In this document: one piece after another, positions 7,758-15,903 of the stretch
How the letters are laid out: every line of letters begins with the position of its first letter
Position numbering within the stretch: position 1 is the first letter of the stretch
Assembly (NCBI GenBank): GCA_044345405.1
Contig: JBIJBE010000042.1
Coordinates: 1-29,889 of the forward strand
From: Bdellovibrionota bacterium
GTDB taxonomy: Bacteria > Bdellovibrionota_C > UBA2361 > OMII01
DNA length: 29,889 nt
Direction of reading: 5' to 3'
Made by a program: the position numbers and the translations under genes
Notes under the pieces: model-generated
The model's database searches: none
Seen by the model: the letters and a program-made list of their open reading frames with translations, nothing else
What the model was told of the DNA's origin: nothing

Positions 7758-9200
7758 ATGACGCTCGACCCTGTACTCAACTCGAAGATCATTGAAATGG
7801 GCCGTCACATATTCGCCGACCTCGGCGACACGGACCCGTCTCTCCTCGATCCCCGCTACCTCAATTCACTCCTTATGCGGTGGTCGATGAGCCAACCGGA
7901 GTTCAAGGTCAATCTCTTTAGACTCGTTGACGTACTCCCAACATTACAATCGAATGAAGCGATAGCTGAACACGTCCGGGAATACCTCATCCCTCCGGCG
8001 AACAAGATGCACCCGTCCCTCGGGTGGTTCATCAATCTCTGTAAAAATCCCCTCCTCGCGAACGTCGCCGCCTTCATGGTGCGACAGGGGGTCAAGCAGA
8101 TGGCGAGTATGTTTATCGCGGGCGAGTCCCCAACCTCAGCGCTACCCGTTCTTCAACGGCTTCGCGACGAGAAATACTCCTTCACCGTCGATCTCCTTGG
8201 TGAGTTCTGCGTGTGCGAAAAGGAGGCGAAGGAGTATCAGGACCGGTACCTCGATGCGATAGAAACGTTCGGCGCGACGATTCCAACGTGGAAAGAAGGA
8301 GCGCCTCTCATCTCGGGACATCCAGGTGAGACGAGCCCGGTGTGCGTATCCGTTAAACTCTCGGCGCTCTACTCTCAGACAAACGTTCTTAATTTTGAGC
8401 GAAGTGTCGCCGTCCTGAGCGAGCGACTCGCTGAGATCGCTCGAAGGGTCAAACACTACGGCGCCTTGATGTACGTCGACGCTGAGGACTCTGGGAACAA
8501 CTCGATCATTTACGAGGCCTTCAAGCGAACGTTCGGTTCGCAGGAGTTCCTCGATATCCCCTACCCCGGCATCGTTATCCAAGCGTACGCGAAAAACTCC
8601 GAAGCCCGCGTCGATGAGATGCTCGCGTTCGCGCGACAACGGGGCGCTCCGATCGCGATTCGATTGGTAAAGGGAGCCTACTGGGATTTCGAGCGTGTTG
8701 TGAGCAGTCAGAACGATTGGGAGTTTCCACTCTGGACGAAGAAGCAATCATCCGACGCGCACTACGAGCACCTTACCCGAAAGCTTCTCGATAACCGCGC
8801 GGTGTGCCTCCCCGCCTTCGGATCACACAATATCCGATCGCTTGCGCACGCATGCTGTTACGCCGAGTCGATCGGGCTCACCGAGAAGGATTTCGAGATC
8901 CAGGTTCTCTACGGCATGGCGGAGCCTATCGCGAAGGCGTTCATGAAACGGGGCTACCTCGTTCGGATGTACGTTCCACTTGGGGAGCTCCTTCCCGGAA
9001 TGGGGTACCTCGTTCGAAGACTCCTCGAGAACACCTCAAACGAGTCCTTCCTACGCCACACCTTCTTCGATGAGGATGAGGTATCAACCCTGCTGAAAGA
9101 GCCCGTTCTACAACCTGAGGATGGCGGTCCATCTCACACCCAAGAGACCTCTACGATAGAGCCACCACCTGAGACGGAACCTCTCTACCAAAACAGCTAA
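7758..9200 (+). CDS. Proline dehydrogenase (N-terminal half of a PutA-type enzyme)
   Basis: FKVNLFRLVDVLP, FTVDLLGE, VSVKLSAL, VDAED, IRLVKGAYWD, FGSHN, EIQVLYGMAE, YLVRRLLENTSNESFLR. Confidence 0.93.
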   Translation: MTLDPVLNSKIIEMGRHIFADLGDTDPSLLDPRYLNSLLMRWSMSQPEFKVNLFRLVDVLPTLQSNEAIAEHVREYLIPPANKMHPSLGWFINLCKNPLLANVAAFMVRQGVKQMASMFIAGESPTSALPVLQRLRDEKYSFTVDLLGEFCVCEKEAKEYQDRYLDAIETFGATIPTWKEGAPLISGHPGETSPVCVSVKLSALYSQTNVLNFERSVAVLSERLAEIARRVKHYGALMYVDAEDSGNNSIIYEAFKRTFGSQEFLDIPYPGIVIQAYAKNSEARVDEMLAFARQRGAPIAIRLVKGAYWDFERVVSSQNDWEFPLWTKKQSSDAHYEHLTRKLLDNRAVCLPAFGSHNIRSLAHACCYAESIGLTEKDFEIQVLYGMAEPIAKAFMKRGYLVRMYVPLGELLPGMGYLVRRLLENTSNESFLRHTFFDEDEVSTLLKEPVLQPEDGGPSHTQETSTIEPPPETEPLYQNS

Positions 9201-9228
9201 TCCAATTTCAAACCAAGAGGACGACACC

Positions 9229-10830
9229 ATGACACAGCAACACCCATTCAAAAATGAGCCCCTCCTCGACTTTAGCGAGGAGCGCAATCGCCGCTCGGTA
9301 CACGAGGGACTCCGAGAGGTCGAGAGCCTCATAGCTAAGGGCGCCTTCTACGCGCGACCGATCATCAACGGCGAAGAGATCCGAAGTGGAGACACCTTCT
9401 CTCGCACCGATCCAAGTGATCACAGCGCGACCGTAGGTGTCGTTGAGTTCGCGGATATCAAGATGGCGGAGCGCGCGGTCGCGACGTGCGCTGAGGGGCT
9501 TCGCTCATGGCGCGCCACCTCAACCGAAGATCGCGCGAAGACCTTGAACCGAATGGCCTCCATTATGCGTGAGCGAAAGAGCCTCCTCACCGCCCTTATC
9601 ATTCGCGAGGTCGGCAAAACGTGGCGAGAGGCGGACGCTGACGTGGCCGAAGCGATCGACTTCTGTGACTACTACGCGGCTGAGATCCGTCGCATAGCGC
9701 CTCCACGTCTCACCGAACAGGTCATGGGAGAGGAGAACCACTATCTCTATCAGCCTCGTGGCGTCACGGTCGTCATCGCGCCATGGAACTTTCCCCTCGC
9801 GATCGCGTGCGGAATGGCTGTAGCGGCGCTCGTTACGGGAAATACCGTCATTCTTAAACCCGCTGAGCAATCGAGCCTTATCGGGCACCAACTCGCGCGC
9901 ATCATCCTTGAGGCGGGCGTTCCTAAAGACGCCTTCGCGTTCCTCCCCGGTAAGGGCGAAGAGGTCGGTCCATACCTCACAGGACACCCACAGGTCGCGA
10001 TGGTCGTATTCACCGGCTCTCGCCCTGTTGGACTCTCGATCGTTGAATCAGCGGCCAAGGTACACCCCGGGCAGCGCATGATTAAGAAGGTGGTGGCTGA
10101 GCTCGGTGGCAAAAACGCCATCATCGTTGATGAGGACGCGGACTTCGATGACGCGGTACGAGGTGTTCTCTCCTCGGCGTTCGGATTCGCAGGACAGAAG
10201 TGCTCCGCGTGCTCACGCCTCATCGTCGTCGGCAGCGCGTATGAACCGTTCATCGAACGGCTCGCCGCTGCGACACAGGATCTCATCGTTGGCATCGGAA
10301 GCGATCCATCAAGCTTCCTCGGGCCTGTCGTGGACCAAGAGGCGTATGACCGGATTACCTCTACGATCGCTTCAGGATCTGAGCAGCTCTCCCTCCTCGC
10401 GCAAGCCAAGGTGCCAGCGGAGATCTTTCAACGTGGAAACTTCATTCCACCAACGATCTTCCGAGACGTTCCCGCATCGCACAAGGTCTGGACCGATGAG
10501 ATCTTCGGACCGGTCGTCGCATGCATGCAGGCGCGCGATTTTGATCAGGCGCTCGAACTCGCAACGGCTTCAGAGTACGCGCTTACAGGAGGCGTCTTCT
10601 CTCGACATCCTCAAAACCTCGCGAAGGCCAAGGAGGATTTCCGTGTCGGAAACCTCTACATCAACCGGGGAATCACCGGAGCGCTCGTGGGACGGCAACC
10701 GTTCGGAGGGTTCCTCATGTCAGGGATCGGTTCAAAAGCGGGCGGCCCCGACTACCTCCTTCAGTTCATGGAGCCCCGCGTGGTAACCGAGAACACGATG
10801 CGTCGTGGATTCACCCCCGATATCGCGTAG
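9229..10830 (+). CDS. pruA: L-glutamate gamma-semialdehyde (P5C) dehydrogenase
   Basis: FKNEPLLDF, EAIDFCDYY, IAPWNFPLAI, FTGS, AELGGKN, GQKCSA (catalytic Cys), EIFGP, NRGITGALVGRQPFGG, KAGGPDYL. Has its own RBS AAGAGGA. Confidence 0.95.
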   Translation: MTQQHPFKNEPLLDFSEERNRRSVHEGLREVESLIAKGAFYARPIINGEEIRSGDTFSRTDPSDHSATVGVVEFADIKMAERAVATCAEGLRSWRATSTEDRAKTLNRMASIMRERKSLLTALIIREVGKTWREADADVAEAIDFCDYYAAEIRRIAPPRLTEQVMGEENHYLYQPRGVTVVIAPWNFPLAIACGMAVAALVTGNTVILKPAEQSSLIGHQLARIILEAGVPKDAFAFLPGKGEEVGPYLTGHPQVAMVVFTGSRPVGLSIVESAAKVHPGQRMIKKVVAELGGKNAIIVDEDADFDDAVRGVLSSAFGFAGQKCSACSRLIVVGSAYEPFIERLAAATQDLIVGIGSDPSSFLGPVVDQEAYDRITSTIASGSEQLSLLAQAKVPAEIFQRGNFIPPTIFRDVPASHKVWTDEIFGPVVACMQARDFDQALELATASEYALTGGVFSRHPQNLAKAKEDFRVGNLYINRGITGALVGRQPFGGFLMSGIGSKAGGPDYLLQFMEPRVVTENTMRRGFTPDIA

Positions 10831-10837
10831 GCACTTC

Positions 10838-11755
10838 ATGGCAGTTTCGACCCTCATGCTTCGTCATCGCGTCACGATCGTGAGCGCCTCCGTGGTTCTC
10901 GCTATTATGGCGATCTCCGCATGCGCTAAGCTCTCGCTCCTTCCCCGTCATCCGGAAGCTCGGGGAGCCGTGAGTAGACTACTGAGTGACGATCCGCTAC
11001 TTCAACGCGAAGCGCAGGTTGAGATTATGGCGCTTGGCGAAGGGGCGATGCCGGAGCTGCGGGAGCGATTTGGAGATGGCGCTCCCGAGGAGCGAAAGAA
11101 GATGGTCGAGATCGTCTCGACGATCGGAAAGCCGCAAGAAGTTGTACGGGATGTCTTTATAAAAGCAGGACGAGACTCCTCGCCAGCCGTTCGACAGGTC
11201 GTCGCGTTTCGCTCCGCGCAATTCCCCCAACTCCAGCGAGATCTCTTTTCCACCCTCCATACCTTAGCGTTTGACGCTACCCCCGAGGTACAAGCCGCGG
11301 CGATCACCACGATCGGAGGTTTCTCCGCTGAGAACTCCCTCACCGCAAGCGAACTTGAACAACTCATGCGCAGCGATTCCCCGATTGTGGTCGCTGCCGC
11401 CGTCACCGCGGCTCTGCCCCGCCCCGAGCAATCCCTCCAAGCGGTAACGATCGAAGTTCTGCCGGTGCTCGTAGGAGAGATTATGAATCCATCTCCCCTG
11501 ATTCGAGCGGCTGTCATAATCGCTATCGGAAAGTACGGTCCAGCCGCGAGTCCAGCCGCCCCTCCCCTCGCCGGAGCGCTCGAACACGATAAGGTTCCCG
11601 AGATCCGGTTACAGGCGGCGCTGGCTCTTATGAAGACAAAGATGCGTTCCGCTCGCGCGGTGGCGCTCCCGGCATTGCAAGAGTTTGCCAAGAGCCCGAA
11701 TCCCGCGCTGGCGGGGCCGGCGCAGCGGGTGCTGGAAAGTCGTCTCAACCCCTAG
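10838..11755 (+). CDS. HEAT-repeat protein, probable lipoprotein
   Basis: Hydrophobic N-region with lipobox-like ISA-C. Repeated motifs DSSPAVRQ, DATPEVQAAA, SDSPIVVAAA, NPSPLIRAA and DKVPEIRLQAA. Confidence 0.75.
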   Translation: MAVSTLMLRHRVTIVSASVVLAIMAISACAKLSLLPRHPEARGAVSRLLSDDPLLQREAQVEIMALGEGAMPELRERFGDGAPEERKKMVEIVSTIGKPQEVVRDVFIKAGRDSSPAVRQVVAFRSAQFPQLQRDLFSTLHTLAFDATPEVQAAAITTIGGFSAENSLTASELEQLMRSDSPIVVAAAVTAALPRPEQSLQAVTIEVLPVLVGEIMNPSPLIRAAVIIAIGKYGPAASPAAPPLAGALEHDKVPEIRLQAALALMKTKMRSARAVALPALQEFAKSPNPALAGPAQRVLESRLNP

Positions 11756-12543
11756 TCTATCGACTCGGTAGAGCTAATCCACTGCATGGAGCTATCAGCG
11801 TAGCTGAGCTCGGAGGAGCTGCTTATCTCAGATGAGGCGCTTTGCTCAGGTATCGCCGACGATTCGCTCAATTCAGACGAGGAGCTCACCTCCGAAGAAG
11901 AGCTCATCTCTGATGACTGATTTGTTTCTGATGAGGTGCTTATTTCCGACGAGCTACTTGATTCAGATGACCAACTTGATTCGGAGGTTGAACTTGATTC
12001 AGAAGTTGAGCTTGATTCGGAGGAAGAGCTCGTCTCCGATGATGAACTCGTTTCCGAGCTATCGCTGGAATCGGAACTAGAGCTCGAGATTTCCTCCGAT
12101 GAGTAGCTGGAATCGGAACTAGAGCTCGAGCTTTCTTCCGATGAGGAGCTGGAGTCAGAGCTTGAGCTGGAATCGGATGTTTCACTCGAGCTGGAGGATG
12201 ATGAGAACTCGGAGCTCGAGTCTGATGAGTCGCCTCCTGGATCTTCAAGGATAGGGGGAAGAATATCGATGCCAGCGGGTGGCCTCCACGTAAAATTACC
12301 AAGTGCGGGCAGAATCTCCTTTGTAATTCGAGAGGTAAAATCGTTTCCTATAACGGAAACAGTCGCGACCACGCCTATTCCTAGAATTCCTAATACCACA
12401 CAATATTCAGTCAAATTCGCACCCCGTTGCGAGCTCTGCTCGGAGCTCCGCGTCATGACACGCGGATGACGCTGAAAGCGTTCGCGCGCCGTTCGAGACG
12501 TCGGTCTTGTAAGGTATCGGATAAGAAATTTCGTCACTCCCAT
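11752..12543 (-). CDS. Flp/type IVb pilin-like protein with a long Ser/Glu-rich repeat tail
   Basis: RG|ANLTEY (E+5, Y+6) followed by hydrophobic CVVLGILGIGVVATVSVIG, then about 160 aa of Ser-rich hexapeptide repeats. The start could instead be the internal Met of MTRSS. Confidence 0.7.
   Translation of the reverse strand: MGVTKFLIRYLTRPTSRTARERFQRHPRVMTRSSEQSSQRGANLTEYCVVLGILGIGVVATVSVIGNDFTSRITKEILPALGNFTWRPPAGIDILPPILEDPGGDSSDSSSEFSSSSSSSETSDSSSSSDSSSSSEESSSSSSDSSYSSEEISSSSSDSSDSSETSSSSETSSSSESSSTSESSSTSESSWSSESSSSSEISTSSETNQSSEMSSSSEVSSSSELSESSAIPEQSASSEISSSSELSYADSSMQWISSTESID
11800..12230. repeat. Degenerate 18-bp (6-aa) and 42-bp coding repeats in the Ser-rich tail
   Basis: Units such as GATGACCAACTTGATTCG / GAGGTTGAACTTGATTCA / GAAGTTGAGCTTGATTCG. 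GCTGGAATCGGAACTAGAGCTCGAG occurs twice, 42 bp apart. Confidence 0.8.
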
Positions 12544-12688
12544 ACTCTTCCGTCTTGCTCCCTGGCTAGAACCAGAGGGGCGATTTACTGCGAGTTCGAT
12601 ACCACCACCGCCCGCGGTCTTTGGGGGTATCCAGGCCTCTTCGAGAGGCTGGACGGTTTACAGAGGCGCCCTGCGTTCCCCATCATCT

Positions 12689-12715
12689 GTATCGGCGCAT
12701 TCGCACATTGCTTGA
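12689..12715 (-). promoter_or_regulatory. Sigma-28 (FliA)-type promoter upstream of the pilin-like gene
   Basis: Minus strand reads TCAAG-N14-GCCGATAC, near consensus T(A/C)AAG-N14-GCCGATAA. Confidence 0.7.
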
Positions 12716-13044
12716 AAGAAATAGGACTCGGCTAAGTCAAATAACCATGGTGCTAGGTCAATGGGCTTGGAAGTATCCGTGTAACTGGCTAATATCAGGG
12801 AAATGCCGAAAGGCGACTCCGGTGCTCAAGAGCCTCACTTGGGGCTCTTTTCAGGGGCCATCGGGGCCATATACACCAACAAGCCCTTGCTTCGTTTGTG
12901 GGTGGAAACTCATGTCGAACATTCGTATCAGTCACGACCTTCACACTTTTTAAAAGTCGCAAAGTCGTGGCGGATACTACTTTGACGGTTCAACGCTGGA
13001 CTGAAAGCACCAGACGCCAATCAATTGGGGAGAGCAGGATACAC

Positions 13045-13791
13045 TCACCCAACGCAGACCCTTTGAGGCGCCCCGTGCTCATCGAGATCTGTCTGGCCAA
13101 CGAATGAAACCCGTCCGCGCCTTGTGGTCAAAAGCGAGCAGAGAGCGAGCGCATCCAGTGCGTCTGTAACATCAACATCTTTTGGATGAGAGGCTAGAAA
13201 AGTCTCTATGAGAGCATCGACGGCAAGACCCAGGCCAACGAGCGCCTCCCTCCGCATGTGAATTCCCTCAGGGGTCCGTTTAGACGGCAGAGGAGACGCC
13301 GTTGCGTGCAGAGCTCGAAAGGCTAATTCGGGGTGCCCTTCAGCCATACACTCGTGACGGGTGGGATCGGCTCGCAGGTAGAGATCAAGCTCCCGCATCT
13401 TAGGAAAGAGGTTCCAAGCCTGTTTGGAGACCCTACAATCTTGAATCCTCTCGTTAACCGCGCAGCACTCGGCATACGAATTCGTGTACACAGCGGCCCG
13501 GCTCGGAACGGAAAAGAACGTCGATCTCCTCGGGCCCAGGAGCTCTCGAGCCTGCGCATCACAGAATCTCCTTTCGTGGGACGGCAGTCCAATCGGCATA
13601 TCAATCAAAACGCGACACGGTGGGGGGAGAGGCACGTCAGCGATGGCGCGATAGAGTTGGAGAGAGATGTTGCCTCCAGCGCAGGTAGCGACCACCCAGC
13701 CTCCTCGAGCGCCATCAATTCCAACGAAGGTGGCCGTTGGAGCACTATCCCAAACAAGATGCGCAGAGTGTGGAGAATTGGATACGACCAT
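13045..13791 (-). CDS. DUF429 family protein (predicted RNase H-fold nuclease)
   Basis: FVGIDGARGGWV, VLIDMPIGLP, RFCDAQARELLGPRRSTFFSVPSR, SKQAWNL, EGHPEL, DALDALA. Confidence 0.85.
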   Translation of the reverse strand: MVVSNSPHSAHLVWDSAPTATFVGIDGARGGWVVATCAGGNISLQLYRAIADVPLPPPCRVLIDMPIGLPSHERRFCDAQARELLGPRRSTFFSVPSRAAVYTNSYAECCAVNERIQDCRVSKQAWNLFPKMRELDLYLRADPTRHECMAEGHPELAFRALHATASPLPSKRTPEGIHMRREALVGLGLAVDALIETFLASHPKDVDVTDALDALALCSLLTTRRGRVSFVGQTDLDEHGAPQRVCVG

Positions 13792-13848
13792 GAATTAGTG
13801 CGAATTCAACAATGAAAGCTCGTTTAAGTCACCACTCTCTGCCACTTT

Positions 13849-13877
13849 TTGCCCTTACCGGTCAAAAGCACTATACT
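13849..13877 (+). promoter_or_regulatory. Sigma-70-type promoter for dedA, probably giving a leaderless transcript
   Basis: TTGCCC-N17-TATACT with the ATG (13884) 6 nt downstream. Confidence 0.5.
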
Positions 13878-13883
13878 TATGGG

Positions 13884-14555
13884 ATGCTTGAAGCGCTCCT
13901 CGCATCACACGGTCTCGTGGCCTACCTCCTCGTAATCGCTATCCTTCTCGGGAGCGCGTTCGGGTTACCCGTACCGGAGGATCTCTCCCTCATCATCGCC
14001 GGTATCCTGGTAGCGTCAGAGAACGCGAACCTATGGATCATGCTCCTTACCTGCTACTTCGGTATCATCGCGGGCGATCTCATCATCTATCGACTTGGAT
14101 GGATGACGGGCCCACGACTGTTCAGAAAGCGGTGGGTTAAGAAGTACATGACCTCGTCGAAGCTCCAGAGTCTCCGGGCGAACCTTGAGAGGAAGACCTT
14201 CGTTACGATCTTTATCGCGCGACATCTGTTCTACCTGAGGACGATAACGTTTCTCGTGTGCGGCGCGGTGCGGGTTTCATTCACTCGCTTCCTTATCGCT
14301 GACGCGCTAGCAGCGCTCATTACGACACCCCTTATGCTCGGCATCGGCTACCTCTTCGGTCAGCACTACGACCACATCGTCGCGGTGGTAAAACAGGTCA
14401 AGCTGCTCCTCGTTCTTGTAGGCGTGGGAATAGCCGTGTACCTCTATTTCAGATTTAGAAAGAAGGTAGAGAGCCACGCTGAAGAGGCTGAGGATGAGGA
14501 GTTTGACGAGGAAGAGGAATCCTCAGAGGCCGAGGAGACCCCTACCATTCACTAA
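13884..14555 (+). CDS. dedA: DedA family membrane protein with acidic C-terminal tail
   Basis: GLPVPEDLSLIIAG, AGDLIIYRLG, IFIARHLFYLR, RFLIADALAA. Confidence 0.9.
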   Translation: MLEALLASHGLVAYLLVIAILLGSAFGLPVPEDLSLIIAGILVASENANLWIMLLTCYFGIIAGDLIIYRLGWMTGPRLFRKRWVKKYMTSSKLQSLRANLERKTFVTIFIARHLFYLRTITFLVCGAVRVSFTRFLIADALAALITTPLMLGIGYLFGQHYDHIVAVVKQVKLLLVLVGVGIAVYLYFRFRKKVESHAEEAEDEEFDEEEESSEAEETPTIH

Positions 14556-14665
14556 TCCGGCGCCTGTCTCCCTGATGAGTACGATCGAGACGTTCTAAAA
14601 GATCCGATAGCGACTCAAACCGCTCCCCTTTCAACGACCCGCTCGACCAGAGCCGCGTTTTTTTG

Positions 14666-14693
14666 TTGAGATCGAGCAACGGGCCGGTACAAT
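14666..14693 (+). promoter_or_regulatory. Sigma-70-type promoter, ATG 8 nt downstream
   Basis: TTGAGA-N16-TACAAT ahead of the ATG at 14702; no SD sequence. Confidence 0.45.
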
Positions 14694-14701
14694 CGCCGCG
14701 C

Positions 14702-15817
14702 ATGAACCCGGAGCTCTCACCATCCCCCCGAGACACTCCTCCCTCCCCTTCCCTGGGGCCCTCATTACCCGATTCTCATGCCCTGGAGGGAAAGCTTCCG
14801 CCTCCTCCCGTTGAACAGGGGCAACGACTAGCCTGCTTCGATAACGCATGGGAACTCCTTGAATCTCCCACGTTAGCCAATACGATTTTGGATCGGCACA
14901 AGATCCTGAGAGCGGGGCTCGTTCCAGACCCACCGAAGATCGGGGAGCTTGAACAAGCGACACTGCTCATCGAAGGGCTTGGACCCTTCATGTGTCGGGA
15001 TCGCCTGAGTGAGTTCTTCCGCTGGCAAGCGACCGCGACTCCCGAGGCTCCCCTCCACCGAACCTCTCGCATTATCGATGATAGAGCTTTAGAGGAAGAA
15101 TCCTCACTTTCCCGAATACCCTCAATCGCCAAAAGTATCGTTACCTCTGGCTTCGTTGATGCGACCATGGCGGGTGAAGCGCTCAGCTATCTTCATGAAG
15201 ATATCATCACCAAAAACCCTATATCCAAGGGAAGTTCCCTCCTCTCGATCGGATTAGCCGGAGCCGCCTATCACCTTCTCCCGCTACCACTAGCGTTAGC
15301 GTCAATGGTCGCGGCCGCGTTCGTGGTCCGATCATACCGAACAGCGAGCTGGGCACGGCATGAATACACGATCGGATACCTCCAAGAGGTCTTCGATACC
15401 CATCAAGCTTTATCTCGGGGGGAAGCTCCAACCATCATTGGGGCACTGCAAACACACTATACCTGGGAGGGAAATGAACGATTCCGAGCGGACGGTTATA
15501 TGATAGCTCGTACGCTCCGGCTTCTTGAGGTTCCAAGCGCTTCCATCCACGAGGCGTATGCGACCACCGCTTCAGTGGAGCTTCCGAATCAGCCCCTGAC
15601 TAACCTCCTGATGGAGAAGCTGAAGGCCGTTAATCTTAACGTTTCTGGTTGCCTCGCCGCTGAGTATTTCGAGTCCCACAAAAGCGGAAGTAGCCTGGCA
15701 AAGGTACTCGACGCCTTGAATGAATGTTACTTCATCTGGGGCAGAAGATTCGGACTGCTCTATCAGAACAAAATGATTGAGTTGCTCCAACCCGATGCCC
15801 GCCAAAAAGCTCGGTAG
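14702..15817 (+). CDS. Hypothetical protein with Pro-rich N-terminus and a central hydrophobic hairpin
   Basis: Long ORF filling the gap between dedA and the next gene. Hydrophobic stretch SLLSIGLAGAAYHLLPLPLALASMVAAAFVV. No family recognised. Confidence 0.65.
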   Translation: MNPELSPSPRDTPPSPSLGPSLPDSHALEGKLPPPPVEQGQRLACFDNAWELLESPTLANTILDRHKILRAGLVPDPPKIGELEQATLLIEGLGPFMCRDRLSEFFRWQATATPEAPLHRTSRIIDDRALEEESSLSRIPSIAKSIVTSGFVDATMAGEALSYLHEDIITKNPISKGSSLLSIGLAGAAYHLLPLPLALASMVAAAFVVRSYRTASWARHEYTIGYLQEVFDTHQALSRGEAPTIIGALQTHYTWEGNERFRADGYMIARTLRLLEVPSASIHEAYATTASVELPNQPLTNLLMEKLKAVNLNVSGCLAAEYFESHKSGSSLAKVLDALNECYFIWGRRFGLLYQNKMIELLQPDARQKAR

Positions 15818-15903
15818 CGCAACCTGCGCGCTTTGGTCGGGAATAGATCTCTTCTCCACATCCCTTTAGATCAAGAGCGGGGACCTGTGTACCATGCGAA
15901 CCT

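Noticed and set aside
12930-13000. c-di-GMP-I (GEMM) riboswitch suggested by CACAC...GTCGCAAAGT
   Set aside because: It lacks the GG-CAAA/CAC start, the GNRA-capped P2 and a convincing P3, and it is on the opposite strand to the flanking genes.
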